From contig NZ_CP124543.1 in the NCBI RefSeq assembly GCF_029953635.1, forward strand, positions 5,719,802 through 5,751,801: DNA of 32,000 nucleotides, given 5' to 3'. Below, piece by piece: positions 7,840 through 16,227 of the stretch (positions are counted from its first letter, which is position 1; each line of letters opens with the position of its first letter). The notes beneath the pieces are model-generated. The model worked only from the letters and a program-made list of their open reading frames with translations, was not told the DNA's origin and did not search any database. The position numbers and the translations under genes are program-made. Source of the DNA: Halotia branconii CENA392 (GTDB taxonomy: Bacteria > Cyanobacteriota > Cyanobacteriia > Cyanobacteriales > Nostocaceae).

Positions 7840-9384
7840 ATGGAATCCCCAAATTCTGCTAATTCGCTACAACCACAGCAGGCAAGCTGTCCCTTTTACT
7901 CAGTGATGCCTTCTGAAAATACGGCAATGACAAATTTGCCACTCCTAAAACCGGCAGAAGAAGCACAGCATGAGGTGCGAACTAACCAATCCCCACCAGA
8001 TGCAAGCCAGAAGGACTGGGTTGCAGAGCCAGACAACGAACAGCAAATCTTGATGAATGCTGAATTTCAAAAACTGCTGGCGTTGAATGAGGAACTACGT
8101 GCTGCTAATAATGATTTATATGAGCAAGTAGAACATCTTAAAGATGACTTAGCTGAGTCAGAAAAAGCTTTACAGTGGCAAAAAAGACGTTCCAACGTCA
8201 CTGAGTCAATGCTCAATCAACAAACTCAAGAACTTGCCGCTGCCCAAGAACAACTTAAATCTTTATTTCAACAGTTAGAAACTGCTGTACAAACTGCACA
8301 ACGTCAAGAAATCTTTATTGAAAGTCATAAAGCACAATTACAAATTAGCCAACAACGTCTTGCCCAGCTAGAAAGAGAATGTGCGCTATTGCAAACAAAC
8401 TATAGTGAACAGTCTCAGCAGGTGTTGCAATCAGAAAATGCTTGTCGGGAGCTACGTACTAGGTTAATGCGGCAACAACGCCAAACCCTGCAATTCAAAG
8501 CGGCTCTAGAAAAATGTTTGGAAACAACAGTCCCTAGCGATGAATCTTTAGACGAAACAGTAAACAATTCCCAGCACATAGCCAGCCACCAAACGAGATT
8601 CTCTAAAAAAGCTCGGTCTTTGTTTCCCAATGTACAACCAATCAGACCGTGGTCATCAGAACCAGAATCTTTAACTAATAATCAGGATCATCCTTGGACT
8701 CAGTCTTCCGCAATACCCCCAAGAAGCGATAATTCTGCTCCTCACCCTTCATCTCCTTGGAACTGGCCAATTAAAGAAGAGACATCTATCCCTTTTCAAC
8801 CAGACATTTCTTCAGAGAAAGAAATTGATGATTCTTCTGCACCAGAAACAAGTTCATCTGTGGGTTCATCAAAACTAGATGAGCAGTTGGATAGTTTGAT
8901 TCAAATGTTTTTCAACTCTGAGTCTGCATCGTCATCATCAACTGTTGAGGCAACTGTAGAAATCAGTCAGCCCGATACATCTGTTTGGGAAACTTTGGCA
9001 ACTACTCTTGAGGAAGATGAAGAACCAGAAGTTTCATCACAAGAGCCATTGGAAGTATCAGCAGAAGAAATACATCCTTCTACAACTATCTCCACTCCTT
9101 TCGATGGGGAAGATGCTATAGTTTCATCCGCAAATTACTCACCAGTCTCATTCACCTTACCTCTAAGCAATACAACTGCTGAAGAACCAGAAAATGATCA
9201 CTTAGAAACCTCACCATCAAATGATGTAGAACCGTCAAAGACTGATTTACCTCCAGAGTCTTTTGAGGATTTGACTAGTGAAATACAATCACTATCACCA
9301 GTAGTTTATCCTGAGCGTCCACCCAAGGGACGCAAGTCCTTAGCATGGGTAGAACTGCCAAATTTTCGTCCCAATAGTGAATAG
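7840..9384 (+). CDS. Coiled-coil-rich protein with an acidic, S/E/P-rich low-complexity C-terminal half
   Basis: Residues about 70-225 are heptad-like and Q/E/L-rich (LNEELRAANNDLYEQVEHLKDDLAESEKALQWQ...). The C-terminal 250 aa are low complexity and end in a basic tail (PERPPKGRKSLAWVELPNF). The ATG at 7840 follows the GTG at 7837. Confidence 0.7.
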   Translation: MESPNSANSLQPQQASCPFYSVMPSENTAMTNLPLLKPAEEAQHEVRTNQSPPDASQKDWVAEPDNEQQILMNAEFQKLLALNEELRAANNDLYEQVEHLKDDLAESEKALQWQKRRSNVTESMLNQQTQELAAAQEQLKSLFQQLETAVQTAQRQEIFIESHKAQLQISQQRLAQLERECALLQTNYSEQSQQVLQSENACRELRTRLMRQQRQTLQFKAALEKCLETTVPSDESLDETVNNSQHIASHQTRFSKKARSLFPNVQPIRPWSSEPESLTNNQDHPWTQSSAIPPRSDNSAPHPSSPWNWPIKEETSIPFQPDISSEKEIDDSSAPETSSSVGSSKLDEQLDSLIQMFFNSESASSSSTVEATVEISQPDTSVWETLATTLEEDEEPEVSSQEPLEVSAEEIHPSTTISTPFDGEDAIVSSANYSPVSFTLPLSNTTAEEPENDHLETSPSNDVEPSKTDLPPESFEDLTSEIQSLSPVVYPERPPKGRKSLAWVELPNFRPNSE

Positions 9385-9589
9385 TCAATTATCAAATACA
9401 GGAGGCGAGTCAATACGGTTTGGATCAGCTCTTGAAGCATGGAGAAGAGGAAGTTATTGTCTAGTATTCTTCTTTCTCTGCTCAAGAACAGCTTGCCTCA
9501 ACGGTTCAGTTTGTTAACCGAACAGTATTGGGAGGCGATTTAGGGACTTGCGGTCAAATAGTGTACCAAAAGATCGGGCTTTTCTACGA

Positions 9590-9767
9590 TAGGCTACGCC
9601 TTATACCGTTTCACTTTAAAGTTGATACATTTGGGCAAGCAGGGGAAGCAGCACTTCGGCTACTTCGGCTACGCTCAGCACAAGTACGCTCAGTGACCGG
9701 AAGCAGGGGGAGTAAGAAAAGTAATTTGTATCAATAATTTCGTGAAATGGTATTAAGCGTAGCTATG
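9590..9767. repeat. Palindromic, MITE-like intergenic element of about 180 bp
   Basis: The left arm is GGCTACGCCTTATACCGTTTCAC...TTGATACATTTG (about 9592-9633). The right arm is AATTTGTATCAA...GTGAAATGGTATTAAGCGTAGCT (about 9723-9765). They flank a core of dispersed-repeat motifs (CTTCGGCTACTTCGGCTACGCTCAG, GCAGGGG). Confidence 0.4.
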
Positions 9768-10399
9768 CCGCAGGCTTTACGACTACGCTCAGCCCTCGAC
9801 TCTTAGCCAGTGGTTGAGCGCAGTCGAAACCCAGTATATTTGCAGAGGAAAGCTCAAATTAGCACTTAACTGACTGCTTTTGACTTTGCTTGAGCTTGGT
9901 AGTTACGCCGAAAACGCCCAAACCTAGTAAGCCAATTAAAGGAGTTGGTTCAGGAACTCCTTGAGGAACTTCTGGAGGATTACTAACCTCTATCCTAATT
10001 TTCTGTTCAACTGTATTGGCAAAATCTTCAAAGCTATTGGCTGACAAAACAAACGCATCAGTACCGCCCTTCACGTTGTTGTCATAGAAATTGAAGAGTC
10101 CAGTTCCGCCACCAATGACTAAACCGTTGATTGCATTAATACCCGATGCTAAAGCATTATCTCTTGCAGCTGCTGTATTAGCACCCACATTTTGAACACC
10201 ATCACCAGACACATCCATGACTAAGCGTGTGCCATCAAAGTCATTATCGAAGAAGCGAGGTGTAGCAAAATTAATTGCAGAACCAGGAGCAGTACTACCG
10301 CTAAAGGGACGAGTGGTTGCATTAATAGCGTCAGAAAAGCTCTGTAATGACGCTACACTATCGATTAAAGTCCAACCTACAGCTTCTTGTTGCTGGTTT

Positions 10400-11916
10400 C
10401 TGGAGTTTGGACTAAAAAGCTAGAGAAAAGCAGTCAGCAGTAACACTGACTGCCGTAAAGTCAATGAAAGTAATCAATAAATCATTGACGTGATGATCCT
10501 GACACAACTAGAAAAATTCCGCCAAGGTATCTACGATAGTTTGGGGAAGGCCAAAGATGCAGTATTTGAATTGATGGATGCAGTATTGACAAGTCCGAGT
10601 ATCCCATCATTTGTAAGCTTGTCACAAAGCCCAGTATTTCGACGGCAATGGTCGAGCATTTATGCAGCACTACATGATAGTCGTCCACCGAAAATGTTGC
10701 TGATGAAGCTACTGGTACAGGAGGTAGAGACGGATGAACAGCCATTTCTAGCAGGAGATCATAGCTTTTGGGCAAGACCAGAAGCGAAGACACTAAAAGA
10801 AAGAACTTTTCATGGGGATAGAGGGGGGAGCATAGGCATCGGACAAAGTTACAGTACGTTAGCGTGGATACCAGAGGCGGATGGGAGTTGGGCATTACCG
10901 TTGAAACATGAACGGATAACCACCTTTGAAACGCCAACGAGTAAAGCCGCATTCCAACTAAAACTTGTCACCCGTGAGTTAGGCACTAGACCACTTGCAG
11001 CTTATGACCGAGGCTACGGCAACGCCAAATTTGTCCAAGCCACGGAGGAGATTAACGCAGACCTATTGTTGCGTTTAGCATCTAACCGATGTGTATGGGG
11101 TACACCCGGTACTTATAAAGGACGAGGCGCACCATGTAAACATGGTCACAAGTTTAAGCTCAATGACCCCCAAACTTGGCCAGAGGCAACTGAAACTCTG
11201 GAAGTTGAAGACCCGAAAGTTGGTCGAGTGAAAGTAATGCGTTGGAGTGGATTTCATTTCCTTCAGTCCCCAAACCGGGCAATGGAAATCATTCGCGTCG
11301 AGGTACTCCAACCAGTAGGACGTAATCGGAAGTTTCAACCTTTATGGCTAGCTTGGTTGGGTCAGACAATGCCTCCATTAGAGAATCTCTGGCAAAAATA
11401 CCTATGCCGCTTTGCTTTAGAGCATTGGTATCGATTTGCCAAGCAGAGGTTATATTGGACACAGCCTCAATTGAGTTCTACTCGGGCCGCAGAGCGATGG
11501 AGTGACTTGATGCCCCTGCTAACTTGGCAACTCTGGTTCGCAAGAGTTGCCTGTATTGATTCCCCCTTGCCCTGGCAATCGACTCAGGATAAACTGTCTC
11601 CAGGACGTGTAGCACAAGCCTTTCCTCTAATTTTAGCCACTATTGGCACTCCTGCTCAACCCCCGAAAACTCAAGGGTTATCACCTGGGCGTGCCCAAGG
11701 GCATCAGCCACCTCAACGTCCCCGTTATCTCACTGTCAAAAAACACGCATCTAAAAAACCTAAAACCGAAGAATCACTTAAGAACGCTAATCTAACTGCT
11801 GCTTAGTTTCTGCTTCTTTTTTAACGATTCCACTTAACTCAGCCTCTAACAAAGCTGGGTAACTTTCTTTTGCCTTCTCTTCATTCCTGCTAAATGCAGA
11901 TTAGTCCAAACTCAAG
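10400..11916 (+). mobile_element. Insertion sequence of 1517 bp, IS4-superfamily type, with a single transposase ORF
   Basis: The terminal inverted repeats are CTGGAGTTTGGACTAA (10400-10415) and TTAGTCCAAACTCAAG (11901-11916), matching at 15 of 16 positions. The element is flanked by the direct 6-bp duplication TGGTTT (10394-10399 and 11917-11922). Confidence 0.8.
10493..11806 (+). CDS. DDE transposase (IS4 superfamily; IS701-like or related)
   Basis: It is a 437-aa ORF inside the IS. The Y-2-R-3-E-6-K signature is readable in YLCRFALEHWYRFAK. The basic C-terminal tail is typical of these enzymes. Confidence 0.85.
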   Translation: MILTQLEKFRQGIYDSLGKAKDAVFELMDAVLTSPSIPSFVSLSQSPVFRRQWSSIYAALHDSRPPKMLLMKLLVQEVETDEQPFLAGDHSFWARPEAKTLKERTFHGDRGGSIGIGQSYSTLAWIPEADGSWALPLKHERITTFETPTSKAAFQLKLVTRELGTRPLAAYDRGYGNAKFVQATEEINADLLLRLASNRCVWGTPGTYKGRGAPCKHGHKFKLNDPQTWPEATETLEVEDPKVGRVKVMRWSGFHFLQSPNRAMEIIRVEVLQPVGRNRKFQPLWLAWLGQTMPPLENLWQKYLCRFALEHWYRFAKQRLYWTQPQLSSTRAAERWSDLMPLLTWQLWFARVACIDSPLPWQSTQDKLSPGRVAQAFPLILATIGTPAQPPKTQGLSPGRAQGHQPPQRPRYLTVKKHASKKPKTEESLKNANLTAA

Positions 11917-12803
11917 TGGTTTGTGCCAGCCCAGTAAATTAAATTAGCAGCAATCTTTCCAGTATTCCCTTTGGAAATGAAATCATTAAAAAGACTAGCG
12001 TTGGCGAAAGCATCTACATAACCTTGCTTTTGCAGGTTGAACTCGGTAGTACTGATACTTCCAGATACGTCAACCAATAAAGAGAGTTCCAAATCGACAA
12101 GGGTTGCAGCTTTGGCAGTTGTGGATACAGCTAGAGCTGATACTATACCAGCTACTGCTGTGAATGTTGCCTGAAAAATGTAAGAAGTTTTCATTAATTA
12201 ATTTGGTTACACTAAAAAACGTGGATTTCGACTGTGAAACTATTTATGCAGTAAATAGCTCAATAGAATATTCAGGATAAAGTTGTTCATAGGTATCAAT
12301 CTCTGCAATAGCCTTTAATGACAATCTTTGCAGCGATCGCACTCAACATAAGATAAAAACTAAAAACTTTTCGTATGCTTGAGTTGTGATATGAACGAAT
12401 TATTATCCTGTGTTTTTCTCAGCTTAAACAGTTAACAGATTACAGTGAAATTACTGATTTTTTGTAGTAATAGTTCGATACTTTAATCAAAAAAAATATT
12501 GTAAAACTCTCAAAATAATAGCCAAAAGCTTTAATTAGCAAGAATTTTGGACTAATTTCCAACTTAAAATTAAAACTAAACAAATAAAATTTTTATATAG
12601 TTATAACTTACGTGTTGACAAATCAGATAACAAATATTTTGAGGATTATAACAGTGTAATTGTTGGTTTTAATCAAGTTATTTGCTTGTTATTAACAATA
12701 ACAGTTTTGTGATCATTTCTACTTAATCATTTTCTTAATTTATGTGGCTGAAGTCGTAGAATATTAAGTAGTAAAAATTTTCTTTGTATTGCCTTCTGCC
12801 ATA

Positions 12804-13580
12804 TCATCGAATCAACTGCGCGGCAGAATTAAAAAACTGGCGACACAAACCTTTAGTAACTAAAACTGTTGTTAACAAGTTGGCAACAGCAACCATGAAA
12901 ATAATCAAAATTTCGTAAGAGATGGCATCAAGGGGTGTTACTCCTGCTAATAACTGTCCGGTGGTGATTCCTGGTAGTGCTACCATACCTATCAACATCA
13001 TTTGATTGAGAGTAGGGAGTAATGCAGCTCTAATGGCATCTTTGCGGTACTGGCTAACTGCTTGCCCAGGAGTTGCGCCTAAACTTAAGTGAGTTTCTAT
13101 TTCTAAAGAAAAGGTGTTAATAGTGCTTACAAGACGTTCACCAGCGATCGCTGCTGCATTCATGGCATTACCAATGATCATTCCCGCCAAAGGAATTACG
13201 TATTGCGGGTCGTACCATCGATCTGGTTGAATAATCAAGATGTTGGTGTAAAGCAATGTTAAGACAGTACTAATTAAAATTGCACCCCATACCAAAGGCA
13301 AGAGATAGGGGATTTTTTGGCTGATGCGATTTCGTGCGACAATCGCCGTTATTGTCAGCATTATTGCTAATATTGCCAAAACCGCCCAAGGATTGTCTAA
13401 AGCAAAAATGAAATCTAAAACGTATCCCAATACAAGTAGTTGTAGGATGGTTCTGCCTGTAGCGATCGCTATGCTTAACTCTAGTCCTAATTTTTCCCAA
13501 GCAGATAAACCAATAGCGATCGCCATTAGTCCTACAGCAAAAACCAAATCAACTAAGTCCAACTTGATTAAATCTGGCAT
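12804..13580 (-). CDS. UPF0014/FetB-like ABC-type permease (YbbM family)
   Basis: It is a 258-aa polytopic membrane protein. The N-terminus IKLDLVDLVFAVGLMAIAIGLSAWEKLGLELSIAIATGRTILQLLVLGYVLDFIF follows the FetB/YbbM pattern. No ATPase gene is adjacent. Confidence 0.7.
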   Translation of the reverse strand: MPDLIKLDLVDLVFAVGLMAIAIGLSAWEKLGLELSIAIATGRTILQLLVLGYVLDFIFALDNPWAVLAILAIMLTITAIVARNRISQKIPYLLPLVWGAILISTVLTLLYTNILIIQPDRWYDPQYVIPLAGMIIGNAMNAAAIAGERLVSTINTFSLEIETHLSLGATPGQAVSQYRKDAIRAALLPTLNQMMLIGMVALPGITTGQLLAGVTPLDAISYEILIIFMVAVANLLTTVLVTKGLCRQFFNSAAQLIR

Positions 13581-13837
13581 GAGTTCTTTTCCTCCTGGGG
13601 TTTTGTGATCAGAACAGCATACACACCTGGAACTTTAATTCCAAGTGTTAGATCTTGGTTGATATGTCTCATCTGTTTTACCAACCAATGGTATCCTTTA
13701 CCATAAAATAATTTCAGTAAAAACCCTTCTTTGATGCGTATCAGGGGCGACAGTCTTTTACAGCTTTTTGAATACTTCAATTAGCAAAAATTGACCGTCG
13801 AAGAGCATCCTTTGTATCTTCAGATAAAATTAAACTC

Positions 13838-14986
13838 ATGATCCAAAGCATAAATTCTATTCCTGCCTTTGATATCAAGCAACAATACGCCACTATCGAA
13901 GCAGAAGTGAGTGCAACCGTGTTAGAGGTTTTATCTTCTGGGCGTTATATTGGAGGCCCTTTAGTAGAAGCTTTTGAACAACAGTTTGCCGCATATCATA
14001 ATGTTACTAATTGTATAGCTTGTAACTCTGGCACTGATGCGCTTTTTTTAGCATTGCGCGCTTTGGAAATTGGCGCAGGCGATGAAGTCATCACCACACC
14101 TTTCACCTTTGTAGCTACGGCTGAGGTGATTAGTGCTGTCGGTGCAAAGCCGATTTTTGTTGATATAGACACTACTACATTTAATTTAGATTTACAGCAA
14201 GTTGCTGGGGCGATTACACCTAAAACCAAAGCTATTATCCCAGTGCATTTATTTGGCCAACCTGTGGATATGACAACATTAATGGCGATCGCTTCTTCTC
14301 ACAATTTAGCTGTAGTTGAAGACTGCGCTCAATCTACAGGTGCAAGTTGGGATAATCAAAAGGTTGGCAGTATTGGCCATTTGGGTTGCTTTAGTTTTTA
14401 CCCTACCAAAAATTTAGGCGGTTGTGGTGATGGTGGAGCAATTACGACTAACGATCCTGAACTGGCTGCGAAGTTGAGAGTACTGAAAGAGCATGGACAG
14501 AAAAATCGCTACTATTATGAAGAAATTGGTGTAAATAGTCGCTTGGATACTATGCAAGCGGCTATTCTGCAAATTAAGCTGCGTTATCTCGATCAATGGA
14601 ATCATCAACGACAGGCGATCGCTGCTTATTATCAACAGTTTTTAACTCAACTTCCTGGCATCGTTGCACCCCAGGAATTAGCTAAAGGCGTTAGCGTGTG
14701 GAATCAATACACCATTCGCATCTCCAGCGAAGGGCGAAACGGTTCCAGCACCACATATCGAGATTCAGTACGTACTCAGTTACAAGAACGGGGGGTAAGT
14801 TCAATGGTTTACTATCCCTATCCTTTACATTTGCAACCAGTTTATCAATATTTGGGTTATCAGCCAGGGCAATTGCCAGTTGCAGAGTTAGCTTGTCATG
14901 AAGTTTTATCTTTGCCCATGTTCCCAGAACTGACCCATGAACAACAAGATCAAGTGATTTATGCACTGAAAGATTGTTTAGTTTAA
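13838..14986 (+). CDS. DegT/DnrJ/EryC1/StrS family PLP-dependent sugar aminotransferase
   Basis: The 382-aa length fits the family. It has the blocks CNSGTDALFLALRAL and EVITTPFTFVATAE, and the FSFYPTKNLG motif containing the PLP lysine. Confidence 0.9.
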   Translation: MIQSINSIPAFDIKQQYATIEAEVSATVLEVLSSGRYIGGPLVEAFEQQFAAYHNVTNCIACNSGTDALFLALRALEIGAGDEVITTPFTFVATAEVISAVGAKPIFVDIDTTTFNLDLQQVAGAITPKTKAIIPVHLFGQPVDMTTLMAIASSHNLAVVEDCAQSTGASWDNQKVGSIGHLGCFSFYPTKNLGGCGDGGAITTNDPELAAKLRVLKEHGQKNRYYYEEIGVNSRLDTMQAAILQIKLRYLDQWNHQRQAIAAYYQQFLTQLPGIVAPQELAKGVSVWNQYTIRISSEGRNGSSTTYRDSVRTQLQERGVSSMVYYPYPLHLQPVYQYLGYQPGQLPVAELACHEVLSLPMFPELTHEQQDQVIYALKDCLV

Positions 14987-15011
14987 GTTAGGAATTACGC
15001 AAGCAAAATTT

Positions 15012-15050
15012 GTCATTGCGACCAGATTGCGACGCTTTGCTCGCAATGAC
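15012..15050. terminator. Stem-loop downstream of the aminotransferase gene; a possible terminator or a dispersed hairpin repeat
   Basis: GTCATTGCGA (15012-15021) pairs with TCGCAATGAC (15041-15050) across a 19-nt loop. There is no clear T-tract, so its role as a terminator is uncertain. Confidence 0.35.
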
Positions 15051-15059
15051 ATTATGTAA

Positions 15060-15398
15060 TTTATTCTGCTTGACTACTTAAATCGAGCTTTAGCTTACCA
15101 AGCACTCCAAAAAGAACAAAAAACCAAAGCTGATTTTAATATTGCTATTCAGCCTGCTCAACAAAAATATCAAAAAGATTCTCAAGACTGGCGCAATACT
15201 TTCAATCTTGCCCTATACCTTTTGACTGCTGGAGATATTGAACAAGCTGAAAGAATATATAAATATACTTTATCAGTAGGGCTTACTGCTGATATTATTC
15301 GTGAGGCTATCCGTGATATAGATATTTTTCTAACTGTTTTTCCAAATTACAAGTCAGCTATATCTATGCGCCAGTTATTACAATCTTCCTTGAAATGA
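15060..15398 (+). pseudogene. 3' remnant of a TPR-repeat protein gene (C-terminal tail only)
   Basis: The frame is open from the TAA at 15057 to the TGA at 15396-15398 with no ATG or GTG start before the last 8 codons (only Met is in ...SMRQLLQSSLK*). It encodes ...NRALAYQALQKEQKTKADFNIAIQPAQQKYQKDSQDWRNTFNLALYLLTAGDIEQAERIYKYTL...FLTVFPNYKSAISMRQLLQSSLK*, which reads like the final TPR units and tail of a longer protein. Confidence 0.45.
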
Positions 15399-15455
15399 AT
15401 ATTTAGTAATTGTTCTCAGCATTTGTACAAAACGCGCTTCAGTAAAATATTGATA

Positions 15456-15728
15456 TTACGGAAAAATTTTATAAATATCTTTACGATGTGCGACTCGTTG
15501 ACAAATTAATGTTTGTGTTTCTTTGTCAACAGTAATACCTATTCTGTAATTACCTACGCAGATCTTATATTTATTATCGTAACCCTTCATTTTTTGCAAA
15601 TAGCCTAATTCAAAGGGATTTTCTGACTCTAATTCTTGAAAGACAATGGGTTCTATCCGGCTTTGAACATCTTCTGGTAAATCTGCCAGTTCTTTTAAAA
15701 ACCTTTTAGTATATTCAGCTTTCTACAT
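15456..15728 (-). pseudogene. RelE/ParE-family toxin gene with an in-frame TAG as codon 2
   Basis: The minus strand reads ATG TAG AAA GCT GAA TAT..., giving M*KAEYTKRFLKELADLPEDVQSRIEPIVFQELESENPF...GNYRIGITVDKETQTLICQRVAHRKDIYKIFP*. This is a full-length RelE/ParE-like sequence. The ATG (15726-15728) overlaps the antitoxin stop as in intact TA operons. The next ATG would leave only about 40 aa. Confidence 0.6.
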
Positions 15729-15927
15729 GCTTATTCTTCAAATGTTGGTAATATTTCCAAGCTTCATCTTTAGAGAGGCGTTCTTCATTTTCCGATTCTT
15801 TCATAATCTGTACCAAGCCATAGTTTTCTAATATTTCTTCAATTTTTTCAAAGTCAGCTATAGAAATTTGTACAGCAATAGGTTGTTGATTTTCATCCAT
15901 GACGTAATTTTTGGTGATTTCTAGCAT
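15715..15927 (-). CDS. Putative type II antitoxin (Phd/YefM-like fold guess), intact
   Basis: It is a 70-aa acidic protein (YVMDENQQPIAVQISIADFEKIEEILENYGL) directly upstream of the RelE/ParE-like frame and overlapping it. Confidence 0.55.
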   Translation of the reverse strand: MLEITKNYVMDENQQPIAVQISIADFEKIEEILENYGLVQIMKESENEERLSKDEAWKYYQHLKNKHVES

Positions 15928-15995
15928 TTTTATGAAATCTGATTAATTGTTTGCAAGTTCTAATTACTATTTTGGCGCTATTATTGAAAGATTAG

Positions 15996-16114
15996 CTGCG
16001 ATCGCCAAATTTTGATATTCCGCAATAATCTCCAGCAGCAAGCCAACGCCCATAGGGGCTAAAGGCAACGGAATCAACTGAGCCGAAATGAGTGAAGGTG
16101 AGAGTTGTGTTCAC
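15996..16114 (-). pseudogene. Single WD40-repeat relic
   Basis: The minus-strand translation VNTTLTFTHFGSVDSVAFSPYGRWLAAGDYCGISKFGDRS* follows the WD40 consensus (H.G.V.SVAFSPDG..LASGS.D.TIKLWD) with degenerate positions. It is bounded by stops, so it is only a fragment. Confidence 0.4.
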
Positions 16115-16227
16115 TTTTAATTTTTAATTGTTAATTCTGCCTTGCGCTAGTAGTGGTCTGGCAAGGTATATTTTCGGCAATTTTGATAGAGCCTACAATA
16201 AGCAGTATATTCAATCTCAATAAACTT

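Larger units (their letters stand above)
9859..12194 (-). pseudogene. DUF1194-type vWA-like protein with a PEP-CTERM sorting tail, interrupted by an IS element
   Basis: The N-terminal fragment (12194..11917) has a signal peptide plus VDLELSLLVDVSGSIS...IYWAGTN. The C-terminal fragment (10399..9859) reads QQQEAVGWTLID...LVMDVSGDGVQN...INGLVIGGG and ends in VPEPTPLIGLLGLGVFGV..K (PEP-CTERM). Removing 10400-11916 and one TSD copy gives an uninterrupted 271-codon frame. Confidence 0.75.

Noticed and set aside
9427-9493. A long imperfect hairpin (AGCTCTTGAAGCATGGAGAAGAGGAAG ... TTCTTCTTTCTCTGCTCAAGAACAGCT) after the coiled-coil gene, considered as a terminator.
   Set aside because: The pairing has several mismatches and bulges and no following T-tract. 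It is plausible, but I cannot support it as a terminator without folding energetics or 3'-end data.
9528-9737. A 69-aa ORF in the spacer after the coiled-coil gene.
   Set aside because: It is composed almost entirely of the dispersed-repeat core and the inverted arms of the palindromic element. The translation (…LRLLRLRSAQVRSVTGSRGS…) is repeat-derived, not protein-like.
10482-10952. A 156-aa minus-strand ORF inside the first IS. Similar cases: 10217-10423, 11075-11338, 13568-13780, 14698-14901, 18578-18856, 20174-20428, 21265-21522, 22080-22465, 23777-24139, 27339-27590.
   Set aside because: These are antisense to, or span the junctions of, well-supported genes or IS ends. They have no motifs and an odd composition. 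10217-10423 is the opposite strand of the DUF1194 C-terminal fragment.
6995-12332. A 5.3-kb stretch with no HIP1 (GCGATCGC) site, covering the coiled-coil gene, the DUF1194 gene and the first IS. I considered it as a sign of horizontally acquired DNA.
   Set aside because: With roughly one site per 1.2 kb on average, and other gaps of 2-3 kb in the window, a gap this size is not clearly significant. Part of it is IS and repeat sequence. It needs genome-wide compositional analysis.
12540-12565. A possible solo inverted repeat of the IS at 10400-11916 (AATTTTGGACTAATTTCC).
   Set aside because: Only about 10-13 nt match the IS terminus, the region is very AT-rich, and there is no second end or target duplication. 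It could easily be chance, so it is mentioned only within the AT-rich spacer finding.
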